From Camelus dromedarius (lineage: Eukaryota): DNA of 64,000 bases. The stretch lies in the NCBI RefSeq assembly GCF_036321535.1, contig NC_087447.1:52702001-52766000 (forward strand). Reading direction: 5' to 3'. A model generated the notes under the pieces. It was not told the origin of the DNA, searched no databases, and saw nothing but the letters and a program-made list of their open reading frames with translations. Positions 24,631-37,763 of the stretch are shown piece after piece (positions within the stretch are counted from its first letter, which is position 1; every line of letters begins with the position of its first letter). The position numbers were made by a program, and so were the translations under genes.

Positions 24631-26519
24631 GGCCCTGAGCAGGACAGAACAAAGGAGGCGCTGCTGTCCTCCTTTTGCAGACCAAAAACCTGAGCCACAC
24701 AGAACCAGTGATCGCCGGCTTCTCACAGCTAGATCAGGGCCCATCCTGACTCGAGGCCAGCTAGGTCCTCAGAACACAGGTCTGTCCCCTCTCCACTGTA
24801 CCCCACTGCTTTTCAGGCTGCAAGAAGCTGTCTAACTATTCCCTGAGTCTCAGAGGAAAGAAGAGACAGTACTAGAGACAGATACTGGGAAGATCTGTTT
24901 CTCTCCATCTCTCCCACTAGAATGGAAGTGCTGAGAGGCTGGGGACAGTGTTATGTTGTTTACTGCCATCTCCCCACAGCCTACAAGAACGCTGACTGCA
25001 GAAGAGGTGCATAAGATTGTTTGCTGAATGAATGACTGAATCCGGTCATCAGTCCCAGGACTCTCCGGCCCTGATGAGAACTGGGGAGTTTTGCATTTCC
25101 TTACCCACAGACAGCAGTAAGTGCTGCTTCATTTGGGATTCCAGATTATTCTGGGGGAAAGTTTCACTTCCGTCTCCCTTGGGAATTATTTGTGAAAAGC
25201 AGCTGTTACAAGCTTGGGTTCAACTCCCGGTCAGCGCTGGGAGTTAGAGGCACAGAAGACCATCAGATCCTTGGAACGGGCTGGCCCCTGACTGCCACCC
25301 AGACAGCAGATGCAGGAACTCCTACCACAGCGTCCCCAGCACGTTACCTCTGCCCCTGCCCGAATCACTGTCAGGGAGCAAACCACGGAGGTTGCCCCTT
25401 CCACCGCAGAGCCACTCCAGCGGGTAGAAAGTTGACTTTAAACTCAGTGTGAATTCTTTCCACTTGGCCCTGGCTCTAGGCCTCAGGGTTTCACAAAAGA
25501 AGCCAAAACTATTGTAAGTGGAGATTGGAATGAAAAATGTTCTGGACTGGAGTTTGGGAGACATGGATTCCAAATTTACTGGCTGGACCTTGAGCCAGTT
25601 GCTTGACATCCCTGAAACGAATAATTATGAAGTCTGGTAGACCTGGTTTCAGATGAACCTTGGCCAAGTAGCTTTAGCTGAACCTCAGTTTCCTCAACTC
25701 TAGGAGAATAATTCCATCCAGCTGAGAGTAACACCTGCCTGCTCAGAGCGTTCAAATGGGCTGTTGATTCAAGGAAGCAAGGAAGTCAGGTTTATTCTGG
25801 TGATGGGCTCTGTTCATTTTGGGACCACAGGACCTCAGGCTGAGCCTTGAAGTGGGAGATGATGGAGCCTGGCTTGTGACCCCTTCTCAAATCTCACACA
25901 TGACACAATAACAGAGCTAGGGTTTGGGGTAATGGGGAGACCAGGATAATCTCCAGCTCTAGGGTCAGGAGAGAGGCTGGAGGCCAAGCAGGAGAGAGCT
26001 GGATGGGCTGTCTTTCTATCCCATTCCATGGTCCAGCGGAGAAAAGCACACAGGCTCACTGGGCACATGATGTGCGTTGGGTACCATGTGACAAATCACT
26101 CACAATTTCAAAGCCTTAGTTTCCTCTTTTGTAGGCTGGGTTACCTGCTCTCTCTCCATCCAAGCACTGCCGTGGAGATGAAGCATGGTCACTGGCCGGA
26201 AAAGTCTTGGCAAACTAAAAAGCACTGCTCCTTTGAAAAGTAGCATCCTATCACACATACAGTTTGGAAGCAGTTCTGCACCCTCCTCACCGGGCACCAA
26301 GTTTAGGGGCTCTTGTGCAGACCCACAAGGCTAGCACCAGCTGTCTTCTGCTCTGCACCTCCGTCTCTCCCTGGGGGCTATTGAACACCAAACTACGGAA
26401 TCCTTCTCACAACCCTGGGAAATGCGCATTATCGTCCTCCCTTCACAGATGAAGGAGTCGAGATCTAGGGAGACGAGTGAGCTGCTGGTCACATGGTGTT
26501 GAGTGATGGACATGACCCC

Positions 26520-26705
26520 AGGGAAAGAGCATGGGGGTGGGGAGGGGGGAGATAAAAATGAAAGAGCAAGAGAGGGACAAAAAAGGAAGGAAGTCAACAC
26601 CAAAAAAGGAAAGAAAGTGGAGAAAGGGCAGGAAGGGGGCAGGGGAGAAGAGGGCAAACAAGAGAGAGCAAACAAGAAGAGTCCCCCATGTTGAAAGCAA
26701 GAGTG
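26520..26705. repeat. GA-rich low-complexity polypurine tract
   Basis: About 180 nt that are almost all A/G on the + strand. Confidence 0.85.
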
Positions 26706-27669
26706 GACGCCGATGGGGAGCCGGCCCACCCACCCTATGGCGGGGTGTGGGATTCGAGGTGCCCCCACCCAGGCCCAGGGCCTGAGGAAGTGACAGGTCA
26801 GCACAGCCATTCAGCTGAGCTACAAAAGCCTTCGGCCAGGGTGGCGAAAAAAATATTAAACGAGACTTCCTCGGGCTTTAGAAATTGCTGAAATACAGAG
26901 GCCACAATGGAAGATGAAGTGTCCTACAAAGGGAGCTCCGAATGGAATCAATTTCCTTGGGCCGACTTTTATGTCCTATTATAAGAAATTGAAAAATTAT
27001 TTCTGTGGGAATGTCGCTTTGCCAGTCCATCTCTCCAGAAGATATTGAGAAGGAGAATGGCTTCCAATAAAGGGGCCCAGGGTCTGGTCCTGCATCACTG
27101 GAGTCCATCCTCTGCCCTGTGGCTCGGGAGCCAGGGAAGGTGGGGTCAGGGGGAGTTTGGGAGGCTGTCCTGTTAGGGTTTGGGGGCTGGAGGGAAGGCA
27201 AGGAACCGGAGACAAATGTGACGGCCCCAGGGACCACCAGCTCCCGATGGCTAGACACACACGCTGCCCGGCTGGAACTTGATACCCTTGAGGCTGGCCT
27301 GACTGGGCCAGGGTGGAATGTCAGGATTCCCTGGACAGGACGTCACACCGCAGAGAGGACTCCAGCAGCTGCCACTGCACCACACGTGCTCGCAGCCAGG
27401 GTCACAGCATCAAAGCCCTTCCCTCACCCACATTCCTGTTGCCATGAACTTCTCACTTTTCCCTAAATGTGGCAGGCTTTCCTTCCATGCCTTGGTGCCT
27501 TTCCTGGAGGGCTTTCCTCTATCAGGAACGCCCTTTCTTTACTGTCAGTCTGGAAAATTCCACCGGAAAACTCCACTCTACTCAATCTTCAGAAACCAGC
27601 TGAAATGTGCCACCATAGGAAGTCATCCCTGACCTCCCTCCCCTGGGCAGGGGACCTCTGTTCTCTGCT

Positions 27670-28140
27670 ATGGTAGCTCAGAAACACCCTTCCCCTCAAA
27701 TGCCCATATCCTAATCCCCAGAAGCTATAAATATGTGACCTTATATGGCAGAAGGGACTTGGGAGTGAGTTAGGGATCTGGAGCTGGGAAGCTCAGCCTG
27801 GATGACCCGAGTGGGCCCAAAGTCATCACCAGACTTCTCGTAAGGGGGAGGCAGGGGGATCAGAGTCAGCAGCGGGAGAGGTGAAATAGAGGCTGGAATG
27901 ATACAAGGACGAGGCCACGGACCAAGGAACGCAGGCAGCCTCCAGAGCAGGACAAAGGGGAGGAATGGATTCTCTTCTCAGAGCCTCCAGAAGGAACCAG
28001 CCCTGCTGACACCCTGACTTGAGCCCAGGGAGACTACTTTTGGATTTCTGACCTTTAGAACTATAAGAGAATAAACCTGGGTTGTTTTAAGCCACTCAGC
28101 CTGGGGCGATGTGTTTCAGCGGCAATAGCAAACGAATGTA
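27670..28140 (+). mobile_element. MLT1 (MLT1D-like) MaLR solo LTR
   Basis: atcctaatccccagaagctataaatatgtgaccttatatggcagaagggactt...gagcctccagaaggaaccagccctgctgacacc...gaactataagagaataaa...gttgttttaagccact. Confidence 0.88.
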
Positions 28141-28189
28141 CCTGGCAGGGTTCTGCTCCCTCCCTAAGTGCCCTTGACTCCATGTTCAT

Positions 28190-28420
28190 TTCACACCATG
28201 GCTCACGTGCCAGCCCTCTTCTAAGTCCCACATGTGGGTTAACTCAGTCTCACCACACCCTTGCCGGGGAAGGTACCATTAGCCCCACTTTATAGATGAG
28301 CAAACTAAGGCCCAGAGAGATTAAGCAACACGCCTAAAGAAAATCACACAGGTACTGGGGTTGCACAGTGGAGCTGGAACTTGAACCCAGGACATACTGT
28401 ATGGAAGTCATATGTTTAAG
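28190..28420 (-). mobile_element. MIR SINE
   Basis: attagccccactttatagatgagcaaactaaggcccagagagattaagcaac...gagctggaacttgaacccagg. Confidence 0.8.
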
Positions 28421-29419
28421 TGCTGGTCCCTTCAGCAAGAAAGCAGGGTTACAGGGTGGATGGCGGACTGTCTCTGGGTCCCCAGTGCCTCGTCCAGGCC
28501 TGGTTTAACTGAGCCTCTAACAACTGCAGAATGAGGAAACACCTGATTGCTCTCTTTGAGTGAACCCTGTTGTGTTCAGGAGGTAGAAAATGAAACGTCT
28601 GCCTTTGGAAACTAAAACTTCTATTTAAACTAGATGACTTGTAACATGAACATAAAGCACTTTACTCAGCACTGTCTATGAGCTTTCCTTTTGGGCGGTG
28701 TGGTGAAGTAGGAGGAGTCTGGGAGTTAGAGTTGAGAAACCTCTGGGCAAGTTTCCACAGTGTATTCCCTCAGTTTCTTCATCCCTAAAATGGGTACCAT
28801 AATCCCACTGCTGGAAGAGGCACAGGTGAGGATAAATGGCACCACACAGAAAGCTCTGGTGCACGTGATCAAGCCTCACCACAAAGCTGTGCAGCCGTGG
28901 GGTATGTGGTCGTACTGCCCAGGCACAGAGGAGGAAGCTGAGATCCCCCACCCCCACGGGTGACACAGCCCCCAGTAAGACGCATCAGGCTGTGTGACCC
29001 AAGTACCATGGGGATTGTCGAAGCTAGGTGCTGCCAGGATGCAGATGTGACAAAGGTCGTCTTGGGCCAGGATGATGGGACTGTTTTCCAGAGATGCCAG
29101 CATGTGACAAAGATAGGTGGGACCTTGGTGGACACAGTGAGAGGAGGTTTTGGAGGTCGGGATGCACACGGGCTGAGCAAGGACCCGGAGGGGAACAGCC
29201 CAAGGTTGAGGGGAGGCCCTGAGACACTGGGAGCACGCAGTGTATGAAAGGCCACAGGGTCTCACAAGACCTGGGAGCCAGATTCCAGTGGTCACGTGGA
29301 GGCGGGGGGTGTGGAGGGAGCAGGGTGGATGCCTGCGAGAACAGTGGGGCCACCGGCAAAGGAGGCACTTCCAGGCCTGTAGAAGTCTTTCATGTGACTA
29401 GAAGCTGAAGGTCTGAGGG

Positions 29420-29600
29420 CCTTCCAGTCCTGGCTGCAGAGAAGACTCATCTGGGAAGTTTTCAAAATCCCAATGCCCAGGCTGTTCTCTAGTCCAATGA
29501 ACTCAAAGTCCCGGGGATGAGAAGTGGGGCGGGAACCAGGCATCTGTATTTGTCAGAGTGCCCCATGCGATACCAAAGCACCAGCAAGGCTGAGGCCGTG
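29420..29600. mobile_element. MER5A-like MITE
   Basis: tcatctgggaagttttcaaaatcccaatgcccagg...ggggcgggaaccaggcatctgtattt. Confidence 0.65.
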
Positions 29601-30049
29601 CTCCAGGCCTTGGGTGCGCGGCTCCTGGATTCCAGTCTGGTGAATTCTCTTCAGCCGCCCCCAGTGCTGTTTAGATGCGTCCCTTCCCCCGGCAGCTTTG
29701 CCTGAACACGATACTTCACTTCCAGTCCTTGGCCTGAACTGGGTCTTTGGGGGTCGGTGAGGGGGTGAGATGGCTGTCAGTTGTTTGAGGATAAGGTTTC
29801 AACAGTCTCATTTCCCTGTGCCCCACACAGTGGTTCGGTGGCCCTGCCCTGAGGCATCCCACTTGCTGGGGCCGGGAGGGGTGGGCTCCGGAGGCCTCGG
29901 CACTCCCGGGTCACCTGGAGCATCACTAACTGCCTCTGTGGCCGACCTCTAGCGTGAGTGGCCTGGGGACGAGGGGACAGGAATGAGGAGCTCCTTCCCA
30001 TGGCCCGAGAGACAGAAATCACATTCACCCGGCCCTGGCTCTGTGGCTG

Positions 30050-30400
30050 GCACTGCACGAGCTGCTTCCTACACACTCCAGTTAATTTAGCTTATTATAC
30101 CTCATGAAGCAAGTATTTGAAATCATTCTTTTCTACAGATGAGAACACAGAGGCTCAGGCAGGTGAGGTGACTTAGCCTAAGGTGTCACAGATGGGAAAT
30201 GTAAGAGCTGGGTCTCATCCTAGGTCGGCTGACTCCAGAGCCTGGGCTTTAAATGCTCATGGTCTCCGTTTCTCACCTGTAAAATGGGAATCACAGTATT
30301 TCCTCCTTCAAAGGGTTATTGTGAGCATTAAAATAAGTAGCATGCTAGCCTATATAAAAGAGAATAGGCTGTTCAGAATTCAGCAGATGCTTTATAAACA
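30050..30400. mobile_element. Two adjacent, oppositely oriented MIR fragments
   Basis: Minus copy: tacagatgagaacacagaggctcagg...gactccagagcctg (to ~30255). Plus copy: gtttctcacctgtaaaatgggaat...agggttattgtgagcattaaa. Confidence 0.8.
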
Positions 30401-31599
30401 TGACCCTGCTTCACCTTTAAAAAAAAAAGACTCCATCCTAAGGTGTAGGTGGTTTGAAGAGATAATACAGCTAAGTTTGAAAGGAAAAAAGCAAAAAGCA
30501 AAAACAGATGGAGACCAGAGTATCCTTCTCCACCTGCACTGCGATCCTTCCCTCTCCATGCTCTCTGAAACACTAACCAGCGTGGTACCAGTGCTGATTA
30601 GCTCTTGTCGTGGCACCCAACCAACAAGAAGACATCAGGTCAGACGCCTGGGGTCCTTTGGGCACAAGCAGAGATGAGAGGCAGGGCTGCTTTTCCAGAC
30701 AGCAGATGCCTGGGTCCAGGGGCCTGGGTCTACCGGGCCTCTGCTTGGAGACCACAAAGACCACATATGAGGCCTTGGGCATCCCGGGCTGTGCCCAGCT
30801 GCACTCACAGAGACGCTGCTTTACCTGTTTACTCTTTCCCATTGTCAATTCCTATTCTAAGATAGTCTTCTGTCAATGGGGTATCCCAGAGCCCACAGAG
30901 AGAAGTATGTTTCCAATCGTCCCAGACCTGGGACAGCACAGGCACCTAACAACTATGTGTTGAATGAGTGAACATATGAAAACTCACTGAGGCTGCCTGT
31001 GACTCCCGATTTCCAGACTAAGTACCCCCAAGTTTTTGGTCATCACTCACGGGGGTGGCAATGGGAACTAGTTAGAGCATGAGGCCTCCGTGAACCTGAG
31101 ATCAAGGTTAGAGCAGTGTCTTCCACAAAGGCTGGGGGAGGTGAGGTCAGGAGACCAGGGAAGAGGGTCTGCCCTGGGCACACAGTTTAGTACCGTGGTG
31201 GGTGGGGGGAGGGCAGAGGGAAGAGCCAGGAGGGAAGAGGACAGGACCCAGCGAGAAGTCTCCTATGGCTGAGTCAGCTGTGACTCCAGAGCTTTCGGGA
31301 ACAGATGGCCTGGAAGGGCTGTCGGCAGACACCACAGAAAGGGCCCATGAGTGTCTGGCCATGACGGACGGCATGGGGGTATCTACAAATGGAACTTCTT
31401 TCCGACCAACACTCAAGAATGCAGACCATTTTGAAAGAGTCAGAATCCTCTATCTCCTCCCATTCCTCCTTGGTCCTTCCTTTTGTCCCTTCCAGAAGAG
31501 CAACATTTCCCTTTTTCTATGAAAAACCATCAGACCTAGGCAGGAAGCAGAGGAGACAGGCCACCATCCCAATTCTACCTAAATTTTCTACCTAAATTA

Positions 31600-32420
31600 C
31601 CAAGACAAATATTTCAGGAGAGGGCACTTGGCCGGAATGGTTGGGTAATTCATTTTATTTACCATCTAAATGCACTTGAGAGCCGAGACAGATTCATTCT
31701 AGTTGCCGCTTCTTAGTCGGATGCGATTCATGGTAGAAATCGCTGCCATCTGAAGCTTCCAGAACTTCCAAAGGGTAATGGGTTTTTTTTTCAGCCCATT
31801 TTTTTCCTCGGCTCATATTTGCTTGAGGATTCCAAATGGATTCTATTTACTGTAATTACTGTTCTAACTGCAGCTCGCTTGCAATGCATCAGGTTAATGT
31901 TAACAAGATACCCAGCTGATGCTGGTAATGTGTATTCATTGTTCATACCCTTTACCCACCTCCCTTGGTGCTGTCTCAGCTCTGTTTTCTGAACCCAAAG
32001 GGGAAGGCGCAAAGCCAAGCAACACAGGTTTTTTTTTTTTTTCCCCTCCCTTTCATTCTTCTCTAATACCGCGGGCTTTTTTCTCAATGGATAGCCATTG
32101 TTCTCGGGTCTTCCTGCTCCTGTGTCCACATGGCATTGTTACACGTGTCATGCTTTGCTTAAATACTGATTTACATGCTTGCCCTCTCAAATTTCTTCAT
32201 GTTATTAATGTCATTAAATTCCCGATTATTATTTGATTATTGATGATAAGAATGAGCATCAACAGAGGCCCAGCAATTTGTAAGGCACATTTCTCCTCTG
32301 TATTTGTAACAAGCAGAGAAGCAGTGGCCCAGTGTATCAAAAGTCTTCATCTCTCAATTATCGGGAAGGGTTATATTCAGAATTTGGATCTACGGAAAAA
32401 GCACATTTCAGAGTAGGGAA
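31600..32420. promoter_or_regulatory. Candidate conserved non-coding element / enhancer
   Basis: No recognisable repeat; three CATTGTT SOX-type sites (31937, 32096, 32134) and several TAAT/TGAT homeodomain-type cores. Confidence 0.45.
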
Positions 32421-34931
32421 GACTAGGCTTCAGATTCTAGTTTCGCCACTTATTAGCTATAAGTACTGTAGTTTCCTCACCTGTAAAAGGACAAAACAAA
32501 TACAAAACTGATCACATGTTGTTGGGAAGTTCCTTGCACAGAGTTAAAATGCTTAAATTGTATCTCTATCCTTGTCAGTAATTCTAATCATGAAGCCAGA
32601 CCTTAGGGCCACTTGCACATTCAGGTACGACTGTTGATGGGGTCTATTTAGGATTTCCAAATAGACTTGGTGAGCTGGAAGGATTTTAGAGATAAAATTC
32701 ACTACTCAAAATGTGGTTCACAAACCAGCAGGATGAGCATCATCTGGGAACTACTGAAATGCAGACTCTTAGTTCCTACCCCAGGAGAAAAAGTATAACT
32801 CCATGTAGTTGGCAGAAAAAGAGATTGTCCCTCCAAAGCGCCCTGACTTCCTGGTTTAGCTCCCATGGACTTAAGGAGAGCCAAGAAGAGACGTTCCAAA
32901 TAAAACCCTCAAGTCCATTTGGCTTATTGCCTTATGCAAGCAGCCGTAACCCCCCAGAGACAGTCTACCCCCTCCCAATAGCAATGATCATTAAGCATAA
33001 CAAAAACAAATGCTATTTGTTGATTCAGGTAGACGAGAGTCTGAGACACATCGCTTTGATGTTAAGTCAGGCAGTTGCCCTTCAACGCTGTGTAAATCTT
33101 TTTTCCTTTCCACCCAGATCACCTCCTCTGTAAAGTGAGGTCAGCAGTATCTACCTCCAAGGTCGTTTGAGAATTAATGCAGACAGATGCCAAGCAAGAA
33201 GTCTGGCATACTGTAGGCACTTAATTATGGCTGTAGCAGCAGCAGCAGCTTTAATAATAATCGTAATAATGTGTGTGGCTGGAATGGGAGGGAAGTGTTG
33301 GAGCTGCTGCTGCCATTATTACCACTTTTGCCAAAGGAGTGACCACGTCCCTGTCCACAAAGCCAAATTCTCAGCCAGTCTCCTCCCATCATTACATCAT
33401 TAGTGGGAGGCAAAGAAGAACTGGAGTTGGGATAAAAAAATACCAAGCTTCCCTTCCTGTCTCCTGGTCACTCTCTTGGGAAATCCACTCAATCACTGAT
33501 AATATCACCATCTTTATCTATAAAATGGACATAAGACCATTTCCTCTGACTGTCTCAGGGCTGGAGTGAAGAGCTCAGAAAATAAAGCATCTGAAAGTGA
33601 TCTGTAACCATACAAACACATGATGCCAGAAAAACACATGTAAACGATCCCCATGAGCCCTGCCTCCTCCTGGGCCCCAAGCCCTGGTCTTGGGATTTTT
33701 CTCATCTCTTTCCTCTCATTCTTCTCTCTTTCTCCCTTTCCCACCAAACCACCTACTTTTGCAGAGGCTTCCATTACTGCACGGGTCCCCTGAGAGCTCC
33801 ATCCGGGGTCTTACGCTCTTCCCCCTTCAGACCCGTTTACCCATCGCTGGGGATGAATCTTCCTTGGAGTCTGCCCTTTCTCTTCCCAGATCAGAGGTGG
33901 CCTCTTTAAGTGACGGAGGAGGGGGTGCCTTCACCTCCATAAACTCCATTAGTCCACACTATGCACCCCCTGCTATGCCGACTTCCAGGCAGGTCCTGCA
34001 GCCCTCTGCCCAGCCCCCACAGCGGTGCTTCTCCTCTGGTTCCCTCTAGAGCTGCCTTGTACTAAACCCGCATGGCTTCCTCTCCGTTTTCTGAAACACC
34101 CCTGCTGTGCCAGGTCTGAGGGCAGGGCTATAAGGCTGACTTGAACTCACCTTGTCGCCATGGCGAATTCAAAGATAATGAAAGGGACCCACATGACTGA
34201 CTGACTTGAGGGCCAGGGCGCTTGTCCCCACTAAAGGAGGTGTGGGGGTTGGGAGCTGGCCTCAGCACCTCCCCTAAGGAGGACCTCATTCTCATGACAC
34301 TTGGGTGTCACAGTGCTTGCAGGTGGGGCCTGCCGACAGCCACACTCTCCAGGCATCTGTGTGACTTTTGGCTCCTAGGACACCGAGTATCCCTGAGCCT
34401 CTGTTTTCTTGTCTAAAAAGACAGGAACTTATCTCAGGGCGGGTGGGAGGTTTGAATGAAGTCAAGTATGTGGAAAGCAGCTGGGAGAAGGTGGCCTCAT
34501 TCAGTGTTTATTGCTATTCCCCTCATTTCCCGTGATAAGCCCTCAAGGAGCCTCGTCTTCCCAGGGCACCTGGACAAAACCATTTTTTTGAGCTTTTTGT
34601 AGCTGACTGTAGTTATCAGTCCTTAGCAGAGTCATTCATTTATGTAATAAATATTTACTGAGTATCTCCCGGGATCTGGTGAGGCTGCATGCTAAGGACA
34701 TAGTGCTGAACAACATCACCATGGTCTCTGATCTCGTGGAGGTTGTCCTCCAACAGTAAGCACTGGTTGTCTCCCAGTGGGCCCTTCCAACCCTCCCAGC
34801 CCAGCAGAATCTCCTTAATCGGTATCTGGTATCAAAGCAGAGGGATCGTGCGAGATGCCTTAGTGTCAGAATGAGGGATCAGCTAGAGACTGCAGTCAAA
34901 TTCTGATTCTGTCACTCGCTAACTTTGTGAC

Positions 34932-35261
34932 TGTTGTGGACTGAATGTTCATCGTCCTGCACCCCAAATTCCTACACTGATGTTCTAACCTGCAGTGTGA
35001 TGGCATTTGAAGATGGTATTTGGGAGGTAACCGCGGCTAGGTCATGAGGGTGAGGCCATTAAGATGGGATTAGAGGTTTACTAAGAGAACAGAGAGAGAG
35101 AGAGAGAGAGAGCTCTCTCCATCCGCATGCTCAGAGGAAACACCATGTGAGGACACATAGAGAAGGTGGCCGTCTGTAAGCCAGGAAGAGAGCCCTCACC
35201 AGAAACTGAGTTAGATGGCACCTCGATCTGGGACTTCCCAATCTCCAGGACTGTAAATAAA
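34932..35261 (+). mobile_element. MLT1A-like MaLR LTR (3'-truncated) inside a MIR, with an internal (AG)n
   Basis: tgttgtggactgaatgtt...ccccaaattc...aggtcatgagggtgaggcc...gatgggattag...gtctgtaagccaggaagagagccctcaccagaa...ggacttccc...ccaggactgt. Confidence 0.88.
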
Positions 35262-35325
35262 GTGAGGATTAGATACAACAGTATAAAATGCTTAGTCTAG
35301 GGACTTGCTCAATAAATAGCAGTTG

Positions 35326-35965
35326 TTACCATATGATCCAGCAATTCCAGTCCTGGATATATAGCCAGAAGAAACAAAAACACTAATCTGAAAAGACACC
35401 TGCACCCCAATGTTCACAGCAGCACTATGTACAACAGCCAAGACATGGAAGCAACTGAAGTGCCCATCAACAGGTGATTGGCTTGAGAAAATGTGGTGTA
35501 TATATATATACAATGAAATATTACTCATCTATAAAAAAGAATGAAATTCTGCATTTGTAACAGCATGGATGGACCTGGAGAATATTATGCTTAGTGAATC
35601 AATTCTGACAGAGGAAGACAAAGACTGTGTGATATCAATTATATGTGGAATCTAAAAAGTAATACAAATGAATGTATATGCAAAACAGAAGCAGACTCAT
35701 AGATACAGGAAACGCATTTGTGGTTACCAAAGGGGAAAGGAAGAGGAGGAGGGACAAATTAGGGGTATGGAATTAACAGATACAAACTACTCTATACAAA
35801 ATAGATAAGCAACAAGCATATAGTGTATAGCACAGGGAATTATGCCCATTATGTTATAATAACCTATAATGGAGTATAATCTGCAAAAATACTGAATCAC
35901 TATGTTGTGCACCTGAAACAAACACACTATTGTAAATCAACTATACTTTAATTTTTAAAATTTAC
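35326..35965 (+). mobile_element. 5'-truncated L1 (ORF2 C-terminus + 3' UTR), cetartiodactyl type
   Basis: ttaccatatgatccagcaattccagtcctgg...caatgttcacagcagcactat...ggatggacctggag...tatagcacagggaattat...tgtaaatcaactatact. Confidence 0.92.
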
Positions 35966-36383
35966 AACTTAAAACCTTTTTAAAATGGTAGTTATTATCC
36001 TCCCTATGCCCAGGTGGAAATGTAAATCACAGGGTGATAGAGCTGGAAGCCCTCACTGTAGGGAGGAAATGACGCTCAGAGGAGAATGGCTTGCCCAGGA
36101 CCACAGAGCGAGGGAGAGGCTACCCTGGGGTCTCTCCCTCCTCTCCAGGTCTATTCCCGTCCACTGCCCAGGAAAGTCTCCTCCTGCCTCCTCACCACCC
36201 GTCTCAGCCTTGTGCTCGCCCCTGCTGCTCTGCACACCCACTGAAAACTGCCACCTCTCCCCCATGGTGAGTGGCTCCCGTGTGAGGTTGTTAGGACATG
36301 GGGATCCATCCCCCAGTTCTGCACCTGGAAATTCTCTTAAATTAGGTTGTTAGAATTCTTCTCTTTGAAGAAAACCCAAATAG

Positions 36384-36430
<47 letters not shown>
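36384..36430. repeat. Compound (A)n(TA)n microsatellite
   Basis: Directly visible. Confidence 0.95.
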
Positions 36431-36433
<3 letters not shown>

Positions 36434-37763
36434 CAATGTTTGCCTGGAAAAAAGCTGTGGGAGGCATCAGGGCTGTGTGAGAGTATGAAGCACATTTATA
36501 ATAATAGCCGGGCACTTTTTATTGGGTTTTGTTTTGCCCTCCTTTATGGTTTGCAAAGCATGTTTCCACAGATTGCTGGGGTAAGTGTCTCCAATCATTC
36601 ATTCATTCATTCGTAAATACAAAGGTCACCTCTTCCATGTTTCAGGAACTATTCCAGGTGCCAGAGGTCTAGCAGTGAATAAGCAGACAAGACCCTCTGC
36701 CTTCATGGGGTTTATGCTCCAGCAGGGGAGGCAGACAATATATAAGTAAATAAATAAATATGTAGGTAACTAAGGACTGGAGGAAGGGAGAGAGAGTTAG
36801 GGAGTTGTTTTGAGCAGCCAGGAAAGCCTCCCCTGAGATGCACTCTGGACAGGGATTACTTGTATTGCTGGATGAACGACCAGACCCTCATGTTACAGAT
36901 ATGGAAACATGGCCCAGGCTCACAGAGAACACGCAGATGGCGGACCGGGAGCAGAATTCATATTTCGTCCGACTTGGCCCATGGCGATGCCAAGTCTCAC
37001 ATCTGAAACCTGGAAGCCAGATCCAGGGACGAGGTAAACTCAGTCTGCATGGAGACCCAGCTCTCGTGCCCCATCCAATCTCACCACCCACTATCACTGT
37101 GCACTGGGCCCCAGGCTGGGCATAAGGGCTAAAGAGATGAAGCAGACGTTGTCCCTGCCCTTAGGGAGCTTCCAGGCTAGAGTGGAACATAAGACAAGCT
37201 TGCGTGTCACTGTGCCTTGCATTAGAAAACACAAGTCTATTCCAGGCCCTTCAGAACAGGGCTGCCCCTCCAGCACACATGGAGTAAAAGCTCTCCAACC
37301 TCCTGGATTTTCCTCTCTTTAATCAACAAATGTGAACTAGATGCTGATTCCAGGCTGCTCACTGCTAGGGATCACCGGTGTGGGTCTCCACCACCCGGGC
37401 ACCTCTACGGTTGACACCCCACTCCACACAGACCCCTTGCCTAGAATATTGTGATAGCCTCCGACCTTCCACTTCTCTCCTTGACCACAATCAGCACGCC
37501 CTTTCAGCATGTTCTCCACGCAGCAGCCAGAGTGATCCTATTCAAACTTGTGTCAGTCATGGCATCCCTCTGCTCAGAACCCTCCCCTGGTCCCCAACTC
37601 ACACAGAGAAAAGCAAAATCCTGACACTGGCCTGCATAACTCCACACGATCTGCCCCCATCTCATGTCCAGGACCTTACTTCCCTCTTCCTACTCTCCTC
37701 CTCACTCCCTTTCCTCCGTGCTCTGCTTCCCAGGCACTGGGTGTGGACCCATAGGTGTGTCAC

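Noticed and set aside
35292..35528. Related minus-strand ORFs here and at 45614-45826 (CFHVLA.V.SAAVNIGV)
   Set aside because: These are antisense translations of two L1 copies, not a gene family.
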